A program made the translations under genes and the position numbers. Source: Paraphysomonas bandaiensis (Eukaryota > Protista > Chrysophyceae). Taken from it: a stretch of DNA of 64,000 bases. Below the pieces are notes generated by a model. That model saw only the letters and a program-made list of their open reading frames with translations. It did not search any database and was not told the DNA's origin. Positions 24,599 through 37,479 of this stretch are shown here, in pieces. The DNA is taken from positions 124,001-188,000 of the forward strand of contig CBFFRP010000365.1 in the NCBI GenBank assembly GCA_965644295.1. Direction: 5' to 3'. Numbering within the stretch: the first letter of the stretch is position 1; the number at the start of each line of letters is the position of its first letter.

Positions 24599-26197
24599 AT
24601 GCCCTCTCTCCTCCTTAAACGGTCCATATGGAGACCTCTTACATCCTCTCTATCAACTAGATCATTCTCTACTAAACTTGTTGATTTTAGTGATACAAAA
24701 ACAAGTTTTCAATCCAAATCTTTTATTCAATTATTACGTGGATATTTTGTATTTCAATCATGTCGGTTGCCATGGGTAGTGAATAGGTCTGAAGACTTAA
24801 TACGGTATTCCTACAAGATATTGGGGAATACAATCACAGATACTGTGCTTAAGTATAGTTATTTTAACCATTTTTGTGCGGGAGAAGATGCGGTTACAAT
24901 CCGCCCTGCTATACAGTCCTTTGATCGTGATGGTGTTGGGTCGATTCTTGACTATGCAGCGGAGGCTGATATCAACGAGGACACAATGGAAACGATCAAA
25001 GGACTTACTGAAGAACAACGTGATATCACTGTGCGTACATATGATTACAAAAATGAGGAGCTCTGTGACAAGCGAATGAGTACGTTTGCGGACTGCTTGC
25101 GCTCTGCAAACGCTGTGAAGGGATATTCAACCAACGGTTTTGTGGCGATTAAGTGCACTGCACTCACTGATCCGCAACTGTTAGAGAAAATGTCGATTAC
25201 TGTTACCGAATTAAGAAACTTATTTAATAAGTTTGATATTGATGGTAGTGGATTTATTACGAAGGACGAGTTTCAGAAACAGTACGAACGGTACTTCTCT
25301 GGCTCAGGGGCTAATATTGAAGAGGTATTCAAAATGCTCGATACTGATGATGATGGGATGGTAGATTATGTTGCATGGAGTAATAGAATCACTATTGAGG
25401 ATCTATATAAGCTTACTTTTCACTGCAAAGTGAAGGGTCCGTTGTTTAAAGCGACATTTACCAATGAAGAGCGCGAGATGCTGACGCGCATGCGCTCTCG
25501 GCTGAATACCCTCGCTGAGTTGGCTTCGGAGATGGATGTCCACATGATGATAGATGCAGAACATACATACTTTCAACCTGCTATCGATAACATTGCATAC
25601 ACTCTCATGAACACTTACAACAAGAAGAAGGCTGTGATTTTCACCACTTACCAAATGTATCTCGTCGACTCTATGGGAAGGCTAATGACAGACCTCAAGC
25701 GTGCTGAGCTAGGTGATTACTACTTTGCTGCTAAACTCGTCCGCGGAGCCTACATGGAGCTGGAGCGTAAGAGGGCTGAGGAGATGGGGTACAAAGACCC
25801 TATTCAACCGTCGAAGCAGGCCACTGATGATAATTACAACGAGGGCGTTGCGGAGGTACTAAGGAGAATTCGCGACGGTAAGAAGGCTGAACTTATGATT
25901 GCGTCGCATAATCAACCGTCTGTTGAAAATACTGTTCGTGTGATGTCGGAATATGGCATTCCAAATGATGGGCCTGTGCATTTTGCGCAGTTGATGGGTA
26001 TGGCGGATCATCTTACGTATGGATTGGGAAAGCAGAAATACAAGGCATACAAGTATGTACCTTACGGACAGGTCAAGGAAGTGATGCCCTACCTCACCCG
26101 CCGGGCGAAGGAGAATTCTGGTATGCTTGGTGGTGCTAAACTTGAAATTCAGATGTTTCGAACCGAGATTCTCAGAAGACTTGGATTCGGGAAGTAG
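24599..26197 (+). CDS. PRODH: Mitochondrial proline dehydrogenase with EF-hand pair insertion
   Basis: Mitochondrial-type presequence; HFCAGED, ILDYAAE, MIDAEHTYFQPAID, AKLVRGAYM, IASHN, FAQLMGM, KYVPYG..EVMPYLTRRAKEN. Confidence 0.96.
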   Translation: MPSLLLKRSIWRPLTSSLSTRSFSTKLVDFSDTKTSFQSKSFIQLLRGYFVFQSCRLPWVVNRSEDLIRYSYKILGNTITDTVLKYSYFNHFCAGEDAVTIRPAIQSFDRDGVGSILDYAAEADINEDTMETIKGLTEEQRDITVRTYDYKNEELCDKRMSTFADCLRSANAVKGYSTNGFVAIKCTALTDPQLLEKMSITVTELRNLFNKFDIDGSGFITKDEFQKQYERYFSGSGANIEEVFKMLDTDDDGMVDYVAWSNRITIEDLYKLTFHCKVKGPLFKATFTNEEREMLTRMRSRLNTLAELASEMDVHMMIDAEHTYFQPAIDNIAYTLMNTYNKKKAVIFTTYQMYLVDSMGRLMTDLKRAELGDYYFAAKLVRGAYMELERKRAEEMGYKDPIQPSKQATDDNYNEGVAEVLRRIRDGKKAELMIASHNQPSVENTVRVMSEYGIPNDGPVHFAQLMGMADHLTYGLGKQKYKAYKYVPYGQVKEVMPYLTRRAKENSGMLGGAKLEIQMFRTEILRRLGFGK

Positions 26198-26869
26198 ACC
26201 GAGCGGCGTGCACACGAGTTGGAGTTCGTTTGTTTACTAAGCTATGGCGTCTACGTTCCTTTAAGTAGTTGATTAGATCACTTTCAATTAGGAATACCAC
26301 AAACTGGTATTAGCAGAACTTACACTAGCTACTGATATCTAGTATTTTACGGTTTATTCGCCTACTTGTGTTGTCGATGGTTTATATCTCAAACTAAATA
26401 GTAGTGATGATGGTTTTTAATTGTGATATGCGCTAGAAGGCACCTTCTTCACCCTTGCGCATTTAAATTTCTAAATTAATCATTTGATTCAACAGTTGGT
26501 GGCAACAGTTGCAGCTAAGAATGACATTGTCGTAGCTAAGAATACTTCTTACCCCCTCAATTGAAAATTGAAATGTTCTTTTGATCTGAACTGGATTCAA
26601 CAGAGCGCTCATATTATCGCCGGAAAATATAAACATTCAATTTCAACAATAAGTTTGAACAGAAACAACCTTCTATCATAATTATGATATCGGCAGTCAT
26701 TTGTATGTGATTCCATTATGTTTCTGCCCCATTCTGAGAGCGTACCCTAGTGAAGTGCTAGTGTTGACTAATAAGCTAATTAATAAAAATCTCAGCGTAT
26801 TATTCGTGTGTTGGCATCGAGAAAGCTCTAGCTAGATCTACACTATACCTGCATAGCCTATATGAGATT

Positions 26870-27245
26870 ACGAGAAACCCCGCGCATTCTAGGGGAGAGA
26901 GGGGGGGCGGCCAATGTCACACTAGACCTATACTGAGTCATGCATGGTCACGAGAATCCCCGCGTAATCTTTGTTAGGTAATGATGGGAAGGTACACATG
27001 GTCCTACTAGAATCTGCGCGAATTACATATATAAAAGTCATGCATAATTAAGAGAAATCCCGCGTAATCTCAGCAAAAGTGAACACAGGTGGAGGGGACT
27101 ACAGAATCTGCGCGTGATCTATGTGGTCAGCTACGTTGGTACACGGATGGGTGGGTAGTAGAATCAGTGCTATATGTCGGTATCTTAGGTGGGGCACCAG
27201 CCAGCCTACACTATATGGCCACGCCCTCGGAATGGGGCAGTTACA
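26870..27245 (-). repeat. Dispersed repeat B, copy 2, with 5-6 copies of an about 18-bp motif AGAATCYSCGCGTAATCT
   Basis: Motif copies at about 26873, 26953, 27009, 27053, 27103 (and partial 27160); homologous to 1850-2140. Confidence 0.88.
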
Positions 27246-27389
27246 TATTTTAGGCTTTAGGGAAAATCTCAACTTTCAGAAGTTGTATTCCATATTCCAT
27301 CCTCCGTCTGCCCAATATAGAAGATCATAATGATGTCGGTACAAGTGATACTTCAAGTATTTTGCTGTAGAGTTAGGCTGGCACCTTTT

Positions 27390-27830
27390 CGTGGTTTTCT
27401 GGAGGATAAGTACCGGAGATATTCAACTAGCCACTACATTGGTACAAGTTTTTAACGCCTATTGCTATATAATAAGACTTTCAAAATAATAAAACTAATG
27501 TGATCCGCTTATTATATATTCCGCAGATATTGTTCTTCCCCTGCCCACTCAAATTCCAATGCTTGTGTGGTACAAGGGACACCAATAAGTGTTACTTGTG
27601 AAGAAGTCTTTGGGCCCTGAGGAATAAACAGGCATCCAGAAAAGAGCCCACCTCAAGGGTAACCGGGGTATTGGGCTGTCTGCTGAAGTCAAGCATCCGG
27701 GATGTCCACCTTAAGGACTCAAAAAACCTGAAGTCAGCAAATGCCAGGTATATCAACATTCTGCTTGTTCAGGTGATAGAGGGGAGGTGATTGCACCTTG
27801 GTGCTTGCGGCGACACACAAGCAGCTTCCG
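27390..27830 (-). repeat. Dispersed repeat A, copy 1 (self-complementary ends); homologous to 50615-50955 (+)
   Basis: Reverse complement shares gcaagcaccaaggtg, atgcttgacttcagcagacag, gcctgtttatt..tcagggcccaaagac, cacttattggtgt and atatctc.ggtacttatcc..agaaaac with 50615-50955. Confidence 0.9.
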
Positions 27831-28121
27831 TAGCGTTAAATAGTAGGATAATAGAGTTCGTAGTACAGCTTTACGTTGTAATATAGTTAGTTACAGGTAG
27901 TCGTCTATATAGCTTGACTAGTTTTCATCTAGTTACTAAGCTGGTGCTGAGTATAGATATAGCTTCCTTAAAACCTGTGGCTAAGTAAAACTATATTACG
28001 TCACCGCATTCATCCGCTTTGGTGCTTTGGCTACGTATTACATTCCTGTTCCGTAACAAATTAATACTCTGAGAAGAAAACGCCACATTATTACGAGAAA
28101 TAATTCTTAGTCGTTAATACA

Positions 28122-31100
28122 TTATTTCTTTTTCATTTTAGCTTTCGAAGCATTTTTCTTCTCGCTCTTCTTATTTTTGAGTGTAGTATAAAGACCTGGT
28201 ACGCTCAGCTTTACGTCGCCTATCATTATAGCAACCATCTCAGGGTCCGATAGCCCTTTAATGAGAGCCTTTTCATGCGGAGAGCATTCTTTCGAGTTTA
28301 TAAACACTTCTACTGCATGTTTAGCCGCTTTACCCTTCTTTGTTGTACCCGGAGTCAATTTCACACGATACTTCATATTCTGAAGTACATATTAGTTAAT
28401 ACAGAGTATACAGTGAAAAGAAAGTAGCCCGGGAATTTGTTTTCAATATTAAAGAGCAACAGATAAAAAAATTGGATCATCATAAACATACCTGCATTGA
28501 GCAGTACGGACCGCACACAGGTACAGCATATAACAAAACATCTTCAGGAAGAGGCATGCCGGTCAGTTTCTCCAACTCATCGGCCTGCACAAATATATTT
28601 GTTTAGCAATACAAATTTTTAACATTGCACTTCAAGATTGTATACACACAAATGCGATTTCCACATTGCCATTTCAAAATAGAAAAGAGCACGCTGTGTG
28701 AACAAGCCACACCTGCTTTCCTTCTTGCTCATCAAGTATTCCCTCCTCCTCAAGAATAGCCTGAATTTCCATCTGCTCTTTCTTCTTCCTCTCCCTTCTA
28801 CTTTCTGTGGTCATATCTGCTGTATCACGAACAGCTTCCATATCTTCCGCAAGTTTAGAATTGTCGTCAACACCCCCAGAATCACTGGTAGCAATCGTTT
28901 TCGAATAACGTCGCATAATTCCAGCCAAGAAACCTATATACCCAATTTCAAATATAGATATACTTTATGTATTCACACGTCCATACATGACACCTACCAC
29001 TCTTATTTCTAATGCGTTGGAGACTTCCATCTTCCGTAAATAATTCCAGTATCTTCAAGCCGTGTTCTGGTTTAAATGCAGCCAAAGTAGATATCTATAC
29101 ATACGTACAGCAGATCGAGAGTGAATACAAGGTAACACATCGTAAGCTACCACACACCTCAAACGCATCGATTTCACCTTCCTTCATGTGCCCCTGTGAT
29201 ATTATGTCCTCTAGCGCGGCACGCACCTATACTCTTCAATTAGTGCTATTTGTAGTCACGAGACTCCATTGGTAGATCAGTCAGAGACGACAGGGTGCAT
29301 TACCTGAGCATCCAGTAGCTGTAGAGCTTCTGTCCAGTTATCTTCCAGCATGTGAATGCCGGCCTGCGAGAAAACACACGTCACACTAAAATAGAGTTGA
29401 GATTGAATGAAATATCCTTTTGACGTAAAAAAATATATCCCACACTCAAATTATGCTACAGCAAGAGTACCTTTTCCTGTTTCCGCTGCTTCTCTTTCTG
29501 CTTAGTTTCCTCTTGTTCTTGCTTTTGTAATTCACCAAGTGTACCGCTACCTCCTGGGCGACTATGCCCGAGAGCCCGCATGGCCAACTCCAGATCTTCT
29601 TCGTCTTGATGAGCATACCTATATCAGAAAATGATGTACATGAATCAGGAAATAATAATTTGGACCGTGAACATCACTATTCATAGCAATATTATTACCG
29701 TCTGGCCTTTTTTTTATTTGGGGCCTTCTTGCGTTTAAACCCTGAAGGCGGCTCCTCTGCTTTTTCACTCTGAGTACTCTCCGGTGCGGACTTTTTGGAT
29801 TTACTTCCTCCTTTCGTGCCTGTACTTTTCTTTTCAGTGTTGACATCATTCGAAACACTCTCGTCTTTAGCGGGAGTATCCGTCACAGATTTTACCGTAT
29901 CGGCTTTCATTGCAGCTTTCTTTTCTTTCTTCAACATTCGCTTTTGGTGGGCAGATAACTTCGTAGACCCAGGGTTTCCTTCAGTTGAATGTGCATCTTC
30001 AGGGTTATGTCCTCGGTCATCAATAGGCACAGAACTGTTATCAGGCTCAGATATCTGATCACGAGTTTGTACATCTTGAGCTACTTTATCACTGTTTTGT
30101 CCGAGATTACCCTTTTCGTTGTATTCACTTCCTAACTTGTTACCCTCATGTAGCGAATTGTCGTTAGTTCTTGCGCCAATCACAGATGTTGGTGTAACCT
30201 CTAATTGATATCGATCGGACATCTCCGAGATCATAGATCGTGTGTCGTTAGATTCATCTTCAAATTCAACCGATCGATCTTTTCTATCACCTAAATGTCG
30301 TGCCACTGAAGCATCATCCAGACGAAACAAAATCCCAAATCCCATTTCTAATTGCGTAGGTGGAAGGAAATTTTTGCGTCCATATATCATAAATGATCCA
30401 GTTGTGAGATACTCTCCTGACGGGGCTGTTTTGGATACTTGGGATGCATGTACCCACCAAGCAGATGTTACAACCTTTACCGCCCATGCACCCGATCGAC
30501 AGATTGTCATAGTCCCTGCCTCTTGCAAAGCAAATGGACTAATAGGGAGAGGATTAGAGTCCTTACCTATTTTGCACCGAACAATACATGACGAGGCACC
30601 ATGCATGTCGGCATGGACATATGCATCGCCTGGTCGAAGATACCTATATTCAAGTCAACGGTATGTTATAAAATAGCCTTTCAGAGTAATACCTCTTAAC
30701 AAGTGCTTCATTTTGCTGTGCATCACGCCCTGATAGCACTAAATATCCTTCAGACGTCACAAACCAGCTACGGTAAAAGACTTATATAGAGTAAGAGTGT
30801 GGCAAATTATCTCACTTGAATTTTTCGAACCAATGGACCTTTCGTAACGCTTGAAGGTTTCTTTTCACTTTCTGACTTTCCAACTGCTTCGTCGTCTGCT
30901 CTTCTACAGCTTGAATTGCACGTTCCGTGGCCTGGGCTGTCTTCTCTCCTTTGGTACGCGCCACTTTCTTTTGCGTGTACAGTTTGCTTGCATTTGCATA
31001 AGCAGTCAGGCCAAGATCAACCTCAACCTCAACTGTTCGTGGTTGTGATTTTTTTGCGCTGTGACATTCTTCGTCTGAATCGCTATAGTCATCTTCATCA

Positions 31101-33035
31101 GACTCATCGTCAAGAGTAGGGAGGCGAAGTATAACGTGGTTTTTATCCAAACGTAGCTTTGCAACCAGCGATGCTATTGGGTTACCTGTACATTGAGCAT
31201 AGCATAAGCACATTCCCGCTAAAATTTACAATTTTACATCTACAACATGAACAGTCCAACATCACATGGTGTTCAGCACATGAGGGCATTCAAATCTTAA
31301 CGTCAATTATATAGCACAAACTTAACACCTGCAGCAGTCTCCGTTGCAACCATAGCTCCAATGTCATCCCATGATAAACCCGCAGCAAGTGCGCTGTTTA
31401 TAACCAAGCATACCTGTACATCATATTTCAGTGAAAAAAACAGAACTAGCGCTAAATACGTAAGTCTTATAGAGGTGACCCCATAAAATGGCAGTCCTAC
31501 ATACATTTCATTGATAACCTACAGCGTATACACAACATATCAATTCAGTATTCAACCTTGTCAACTTGTTCTGCATTGGCCTCGACAACAGCTGCTGCTT
31601 GTTGCATTCGTGACTGCTGATCCTCGAATCCTTTGAGCTGGTTCTCCATCTCTTGTCGCACTTTGATGACCTTCTTTCTTGCATGTTCTTCGGCTGCTTC
31701 TGCTTGATGCTGCATACGTTGTTCTTCCACCTGGAGCATAGTTATACACATATGCATGAGGATACCCATCAAATATTCTATAATATTAAAGTATCCAGAT
31801 ACATACATAATCACTTCGTCCGTGAAATAAATTGTAATTACCTTGCAGAAGTATTCGTCCACAGTTTCGTCAAACGATGGCATTTCTTTATATCTTTCGT
31901 TTTCGTGCTGCATAAACAGACGTGGAACGAAGTCAAAGTAATCTCCTGTAAGCACATAGTGACTAGATAAATCGACAGTTCAATGGTATGGTATAGTAAA
32001 AGACAATTTATTGGTCTTGTTTCATGATGATAAAGTGTGAATATTTAATACAACCTTCTGAATCGGCATTGTTGGGATTAGATCTCAACAAAATATACCC
32101 CGGTTGACCAGGGGTGTCCAATAGAGACAGCAGTTTATGGCCATTCTGCAACTCCTTCAGCAGCGCATCTACAGCAATTGAATCGGTATCTGTAGAAGAA
32201 AAAACGTCGCTAACTTTGCTAGAAGGAGGAATGTTGCTCGACAACAAGCAATGGTCTATAATTTCCGGGCCAAAGGCAGCCACCCCACTGTCCTTATTCA
32301 GTAGCAATTGCCGCATAGTCAGCTTCCTGGCCTTATTCTTTTTCGCGGATTTCTTCGATTCTGCTTGATTACTTGCTACTGATGCGGTCGCTTCTCGTGC
32401 CAGTGCCCAAGCACTGAACTGATCACGTGTCATGTTCAGGACTGTTTCTTGAGATTCATTGCGAGCTTCTGCAGCGGTAGTCGTAAATGCAATGGGATAT
32501 ATCTCGTGCATTTTAACAGCCACGTCGTCTTCAAATTGATGAGAACGAAGTAAGGCTTGTATTTCATATGCACCGTCAGTTAAAACAATGTTACCGCTTG
32601 CATATAACTCTAGAATAATGTGACACACTGCATCTCCAGAACCAAACTTAAAATCAACCACTCGATCAGAGCCTAACTGCCTTACATCTTCTAGACGTTT
32701 CGTTCGGATGTATTTCCTTAGTTTCATTGCAAAGGGAGATGGCATATCATTCTTATCACGTGTATATTTGGTCGTATGGAACCGTATACCACTCTCCATA
32801 AGCAACATGATCTATAAGAGAGTAAACCAACCATATGAATCATTTATTATTAAATCATAATAGATATTTTAATGTCTGTTACCTTCTCACTGACTCCTGG
32901 GATAGCAAACTTAAACATATAGATCTTATCGGTAATATTGTAGACATTGGCGACTCTCTGGCCCAGTAATGTGCTGCGTATATCCCTCACCATAGCCTTG
33001 ACATCTGTTGCAGTGAATCTAGATTTACTTGCCAT
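28122..33035 (-). CDS. NEMF: Ribosome quality-control factor NEMF/Rqc2, multi-exon
   Basis: [12 protein letters not shown]..., [109 protein letters not shown]. Confidence 0.96.
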
Positions 33036-33615
33036 GTTTAAGTGTTTAATTTAATGTTCTATAGAGAGGATGATGAGAAGAGAATTATGACACTTGTGTG
33101 GATGCTTATATAGACGAGAGCTGGATCCACATACACTGCTGTACATACATATATATATACAGCAGTACATCCATCATACAGCAGAGTTCATACATATATA
33201 TATGTATAGTGTGCAGTGATGTAGCCATACGTAAAATACGCAGAAATTAATTTGAAGAATGTCAAAAAAAGACGACCGTATTCCATATTGTATTCCACAC
33301 CGTATTATTGTTACACTGTGAGTGTATTTGTATTGTTGGGTGCCGTGTATTTTCATGACACAAAACACCGTATATTTATAGGAGGAATATAGTGGAAAGT
33401 GCCATTTTCTTATCAAAACCCCTCTTTTCATTGTCCAAAAACACTTTTTCGAATCGCGATATATCGCGAGTAGGCTGTTTTATATTACGTAACACTAGAG
33501 TATCTATCTATGCATATGAACGTGCGTGTTGCTGCATATATATGTGTATATATGCATATGTATAGTGGTATAGTTTAACGGTGGGTTTACAAGACCAACA
33601 AATCATACCACCGTC

Positions 33616-35326
33616 ATGAATTTTCTTCGTCTCATCAGTACTCTATATCTCTGTCTCCTATCTACTAACGGACAGCTCATTACTCTGCCTGATGGCACAC
33701 AGGTACCATCATATGCACACTGTCTCATATCTCCTCATCTATTATATAAATCAGCTACAAGGAAAAAAATCAGGCCGCGTGGCTGAATTTAAAGGGATCC
33801 CATATGCATCCCCACCAGTGGGTAATCTCCGATGGGCTCCTCCTGTCCCGTACACTAATCCTGATCCCTCACAAGTAATTGATGCCACTGAATTTGGAAG
33901 TGTCTGTAAACAACTCAAATTTGGTGGGGGGTCTGAGGATTGCCTCTTCCTAAACGTGTTCGTTGATGAAGATCGCCTCACGAATTCTTCCTCTAAAGAC
34001 CTGTCTGTTGCATTTTTCATTCACGGTGGGGCTTACCATGATGGGTGCTCTAATATCTATGATGGGGCGCAATTGGTTGAATACTGGGGTGGAGATGCGA
34101 TAGTAGTTACCATTAACTATCGCTTGAGTTCATTTGGTTTTCTTGGTTCTGAGGAGCTACGAAAACAAGACTCAGAATCCGGTTCCACTGGTAACTACGG
34201 TATTCAAGATCAGCGATTGGCCATGCAATGGGTGCAAGAAAACATTGCAGTATTTGGAGGAGATAAGAATCGTGTAATGATATTTGGGGAATCTGCAGGT
34301 ATTGATGTCCTTAGTTATATTTTTAAAGCCTTACTTTATGTGTATCACATTTTAGGGGCTGGTTCTGTGACTAACCATCTGACTATGAAGAAATCATGGG
34401 ATGGACTTTTTCAGGCAGCAGTATTGGAGTCAGGAGCATTCGCTGAATGGAACGTACAAAATATGACACTTTCACAAAATGCTTATGACTCTCTGCTAGC
34501 GGCTTTAAATTGTGCTGACCTCGAGTGCATGCTTAGCAAATCAACGGAGGATATATTCAAAGCATCCGAACAAATACCATCAGAGGATGTGAATTACCTG
34601 TATCCATTCAACCCTACTGTTGATGGTGTAGAAGCAACCACACATCCTTGGATTGCTATGACTAATGGAGATGTTATCGATGTTCCGTTGATATTCGGTA
34701 CAAACGAAGACGAAGGAAGCATGTTCACGCTATTGCCTAAAGGTGCAACTGAGGAGCAACTGATCGCCCACTGGACTCGCGAAGGATATACTGCAGAGGA
34801 ACAGGCAATAATGCTAGATCTGTACGTTAAGGACGTGGAGTATCCAGAGGTGGAAGGGGATACTGTATACTGGTGGGCAGGACAAAGATCCCTTGGAGAT
34901 GCAAGTATGTCATGTCCAGCCAAATACGCTGCACAAACTCTTTCTTCAACGACCAATCGTCAAAGTGATCTGTATGTGTATCACTTTGAACATAAAACTG
35001 CGGATTGGGACTATGTTCCTCATACGGCGGAGATAGATTACGTGTTCCACAACTTTATTCTACTGAAGGAAACAGGTGATCGTGATGTTTCCGACGTAAT
35101 GAGCTCTTATTGGGGCAACTTCGCTGTTGGTGATGCTCACGACCCGAACTCTCCTACCGTTGGCCTAGATTATGTGCCGAAATGGCCGTCTTACGACTCT
35201 GCCACTGATGAAGTACTGATCATAGGAGATACGGTGTACGATATTGCACCAAAAAGTGGCTTGAAGTTAAAGGAGTGTGCGTTTCATATCGATTTCATTG
35301 ACCACTCAATAAATTCCAAGTATTAA
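33616..35326 (+). CDS. Secreted type-B carboxylesterase (cholinesterase-like)
   Basis: Signal peptide MNFLRLIS..., FKGIPYASPPVGNLRW, SEDCLFLNV, FGESAG nucleophile elbow, NEDEG (Glu), PHTAEI (His); two short introns. Confidence 0.94.
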
Positions 35327-36181
35327 ATGAGGTTAAGCACACGAGCTTATTAATACTTATGGTTCGTGTTTGTTAATGTGTTGTATGGTTTAATCCATGA
35401 CGTAAGATAAAACTAATTGCCTGGAGTATTCAATGCGATTATGTATGTGATAAAAGAGTGTTGAAGGTCGTATTTCTCTTCGTACATATGAAATATGAAA
35501 TAATAATAAAAACTAATTGGTTTACTGTTTATTGACTTTTTATAAAATATTGAAGAAATATACTTCAATGACATAAATTCGAAAAAAATTGAAGGTAATT
35601 AATATTGTAGTAATATCATCCCTGCCTACAACTCACGAATCATCCCTAGTCTCCCCAAAACCTATAATATAATTGTTAGTTGCATTCTTGAGTTTGCAGA
35701 AGATAACAGGAATAATTCTAAACTGACATAGCGGTGACTTTGCTTGTAGTGCAGGATCATAAAGGTAATGTGGATATGCGCTGTTGGAGAAAGCATTATT
35801 GCAATATCTATATTTGACATTTGACAGTTGACAGCACAAAAAAGTAGGCATTTTAGGATAAGGATATTTCTGCAATATACTGTTCCTTATCCCCGGTGTG
35901 ACCCATGAATCAATTGAGTTGTATAAAGTGTCATTTTACTGAAATTACATTGTAACCATAAGCTATTTATAAGTATAATAGCTATTCAAAACAACGGGTA
36001 TGTAAAGTACGCAACACGTTTAATGGGAGCCCAGATCAGAAAAGCAGGACTAGTGTAGCCACGGCCACAATATCTAAAGGCGTCTGTACACTGTACTTTT
36101 ATACGATACCAGATATCATTCTAGCACAATGCTCTCAGAATGAAGTACATCTAGCACTATTATCGACGCAGCCATGAGTGA

Positions 36182-37479
36182 TCACTCCATAATTAAATTC
36201 AAGTGGCACAATAGCTGCACTGTTCCCTCGTACCCAATAAATATAATTCCATGTAGTGGAAATGCTCTCAGCATTGCCGCATTGAAACCCCTAACGTAGA
36301 GTAACTCCATTGCAATCAACTCAAACAAACACGTACCTAAAAAATACACGGTATCCATACTCTGCATACATTTTCCTTGTGCAATCTAATACACCCTAAA
36401 TGTAACGGTGAGTTGAATAAACTATCAAAGTACCAAATAAAATCATACCGTGTATGTTCCTGGAGGAGCAGTCTGCATAAAAGACTTAATTGCATCGAAA
36501 CAGAGAATCGGTGGAAGCCAAGTCATGACTCCAGCAATACCGCCAGCTAAGAATGAGCTCATAGTTGGCGTATCAGGAAGGGCCTGAGATATAAAGTGAA
36601 ACTTTTAAGAAAGTTCATGACTATCCACATATACCGTCCCACACATTCTCATTTAGGTATAGTGCCATGTAATTTCTGGTGACATTATACACTATATTCT
36701 ATTACCTTGGCAATTGTCACTTTGGCAATATGGTAGGAAGGATAGTAAACAGCGAACTGGGGGACCTCTCTCAAAACTAAGCCACTCATTCCTTGAAACA
36801 AGCCTCTTACTAGACCTTGTTTCTTTACGAGGTCCGCCATACATGCTCCACTCCAGCTGTACGGAGCCTTGTGGCCATCACGTTCACGCACTTGCATAAC
36901 AGACTTCACACGCTCCATGACTTGACGAAAAGGACTCTGGGCAAGGCCAGTGAATGCTCCAGCCATTGTCTGGAATTATACAATTCCACATCAAAAGAAA
37001 ACATGAATCATATAACAACCCACCATGTCAAGGGCAGAGAGCTCCGTTGATTTAGTTCCACGGTATTTCGCGATGGCCCTTGTGGCAAAACCATAGGAGC
37101 TATACAGCATGTTATAAATATAATAGCAGAGTTCGACATACGTGCCTGAATGATACTGCAAATGTTCCACCGAAGCCAACGGCAGGAGAAAGCAATCCAC
37201 GATAAAGAGATTTAAACTATGGTAGAGTTAGTAACTACATAGCTTAGAAACGCACAATGTACCCCATCATATCGCTTCATATCTCGAAAAACTTGAATCA
37301 TATTTCCACTATCAGGATAGGTCTGCTGTCTTATCTTCAGTGTATCTGCTCCAATGGATGCTATGTGATAATGAGTGTAATGTATTGACTGTCTTACCAA
37401 GTGGATAAACGACACAAATTCCGAGAGTACCACCCACACTGCCTGCTATAAACTCCTGTACAAAAGATCCTTTTTGCAT
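36182..37479 (-). CDS. Mitochondrial carrier (SLC25; carnitine/basic amino acid carrier-like), multi-exon
   Basis: FIAGSVGG...YPLDTLKIRQQ, PF..MERVKSVMQ, GLFQG...LREVP.FAVYY, FDAIKSFMQ, RGFNAAMLRAFP; start codon uncertain. Confidence 0.9.

Noticed and set aside
26870-27170. CRISPR-like repeat-spacer array
   Set aside because: Repeats are short and degenerate, spacing is irregular, the 'spacers' are homologous to the copy at 1850-2140, no cas genes are present, and the context is eukaryotic.
27610-27650. Hammerhead ribozyme (CTGAGGA...GAAA)
   Set aside because: No pairable stem II between the core motifs, and the second copy of the repeat alters the motif.
27560-27823. SRP RNA or RNase P/MRP RNA
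   Set aside because: Size and terminal stem fit loosely, but no SRP helix-8 motif or P4 pseudoknot (CR-I/CR-V) pair was found; it is a diverged dispersed repeat.
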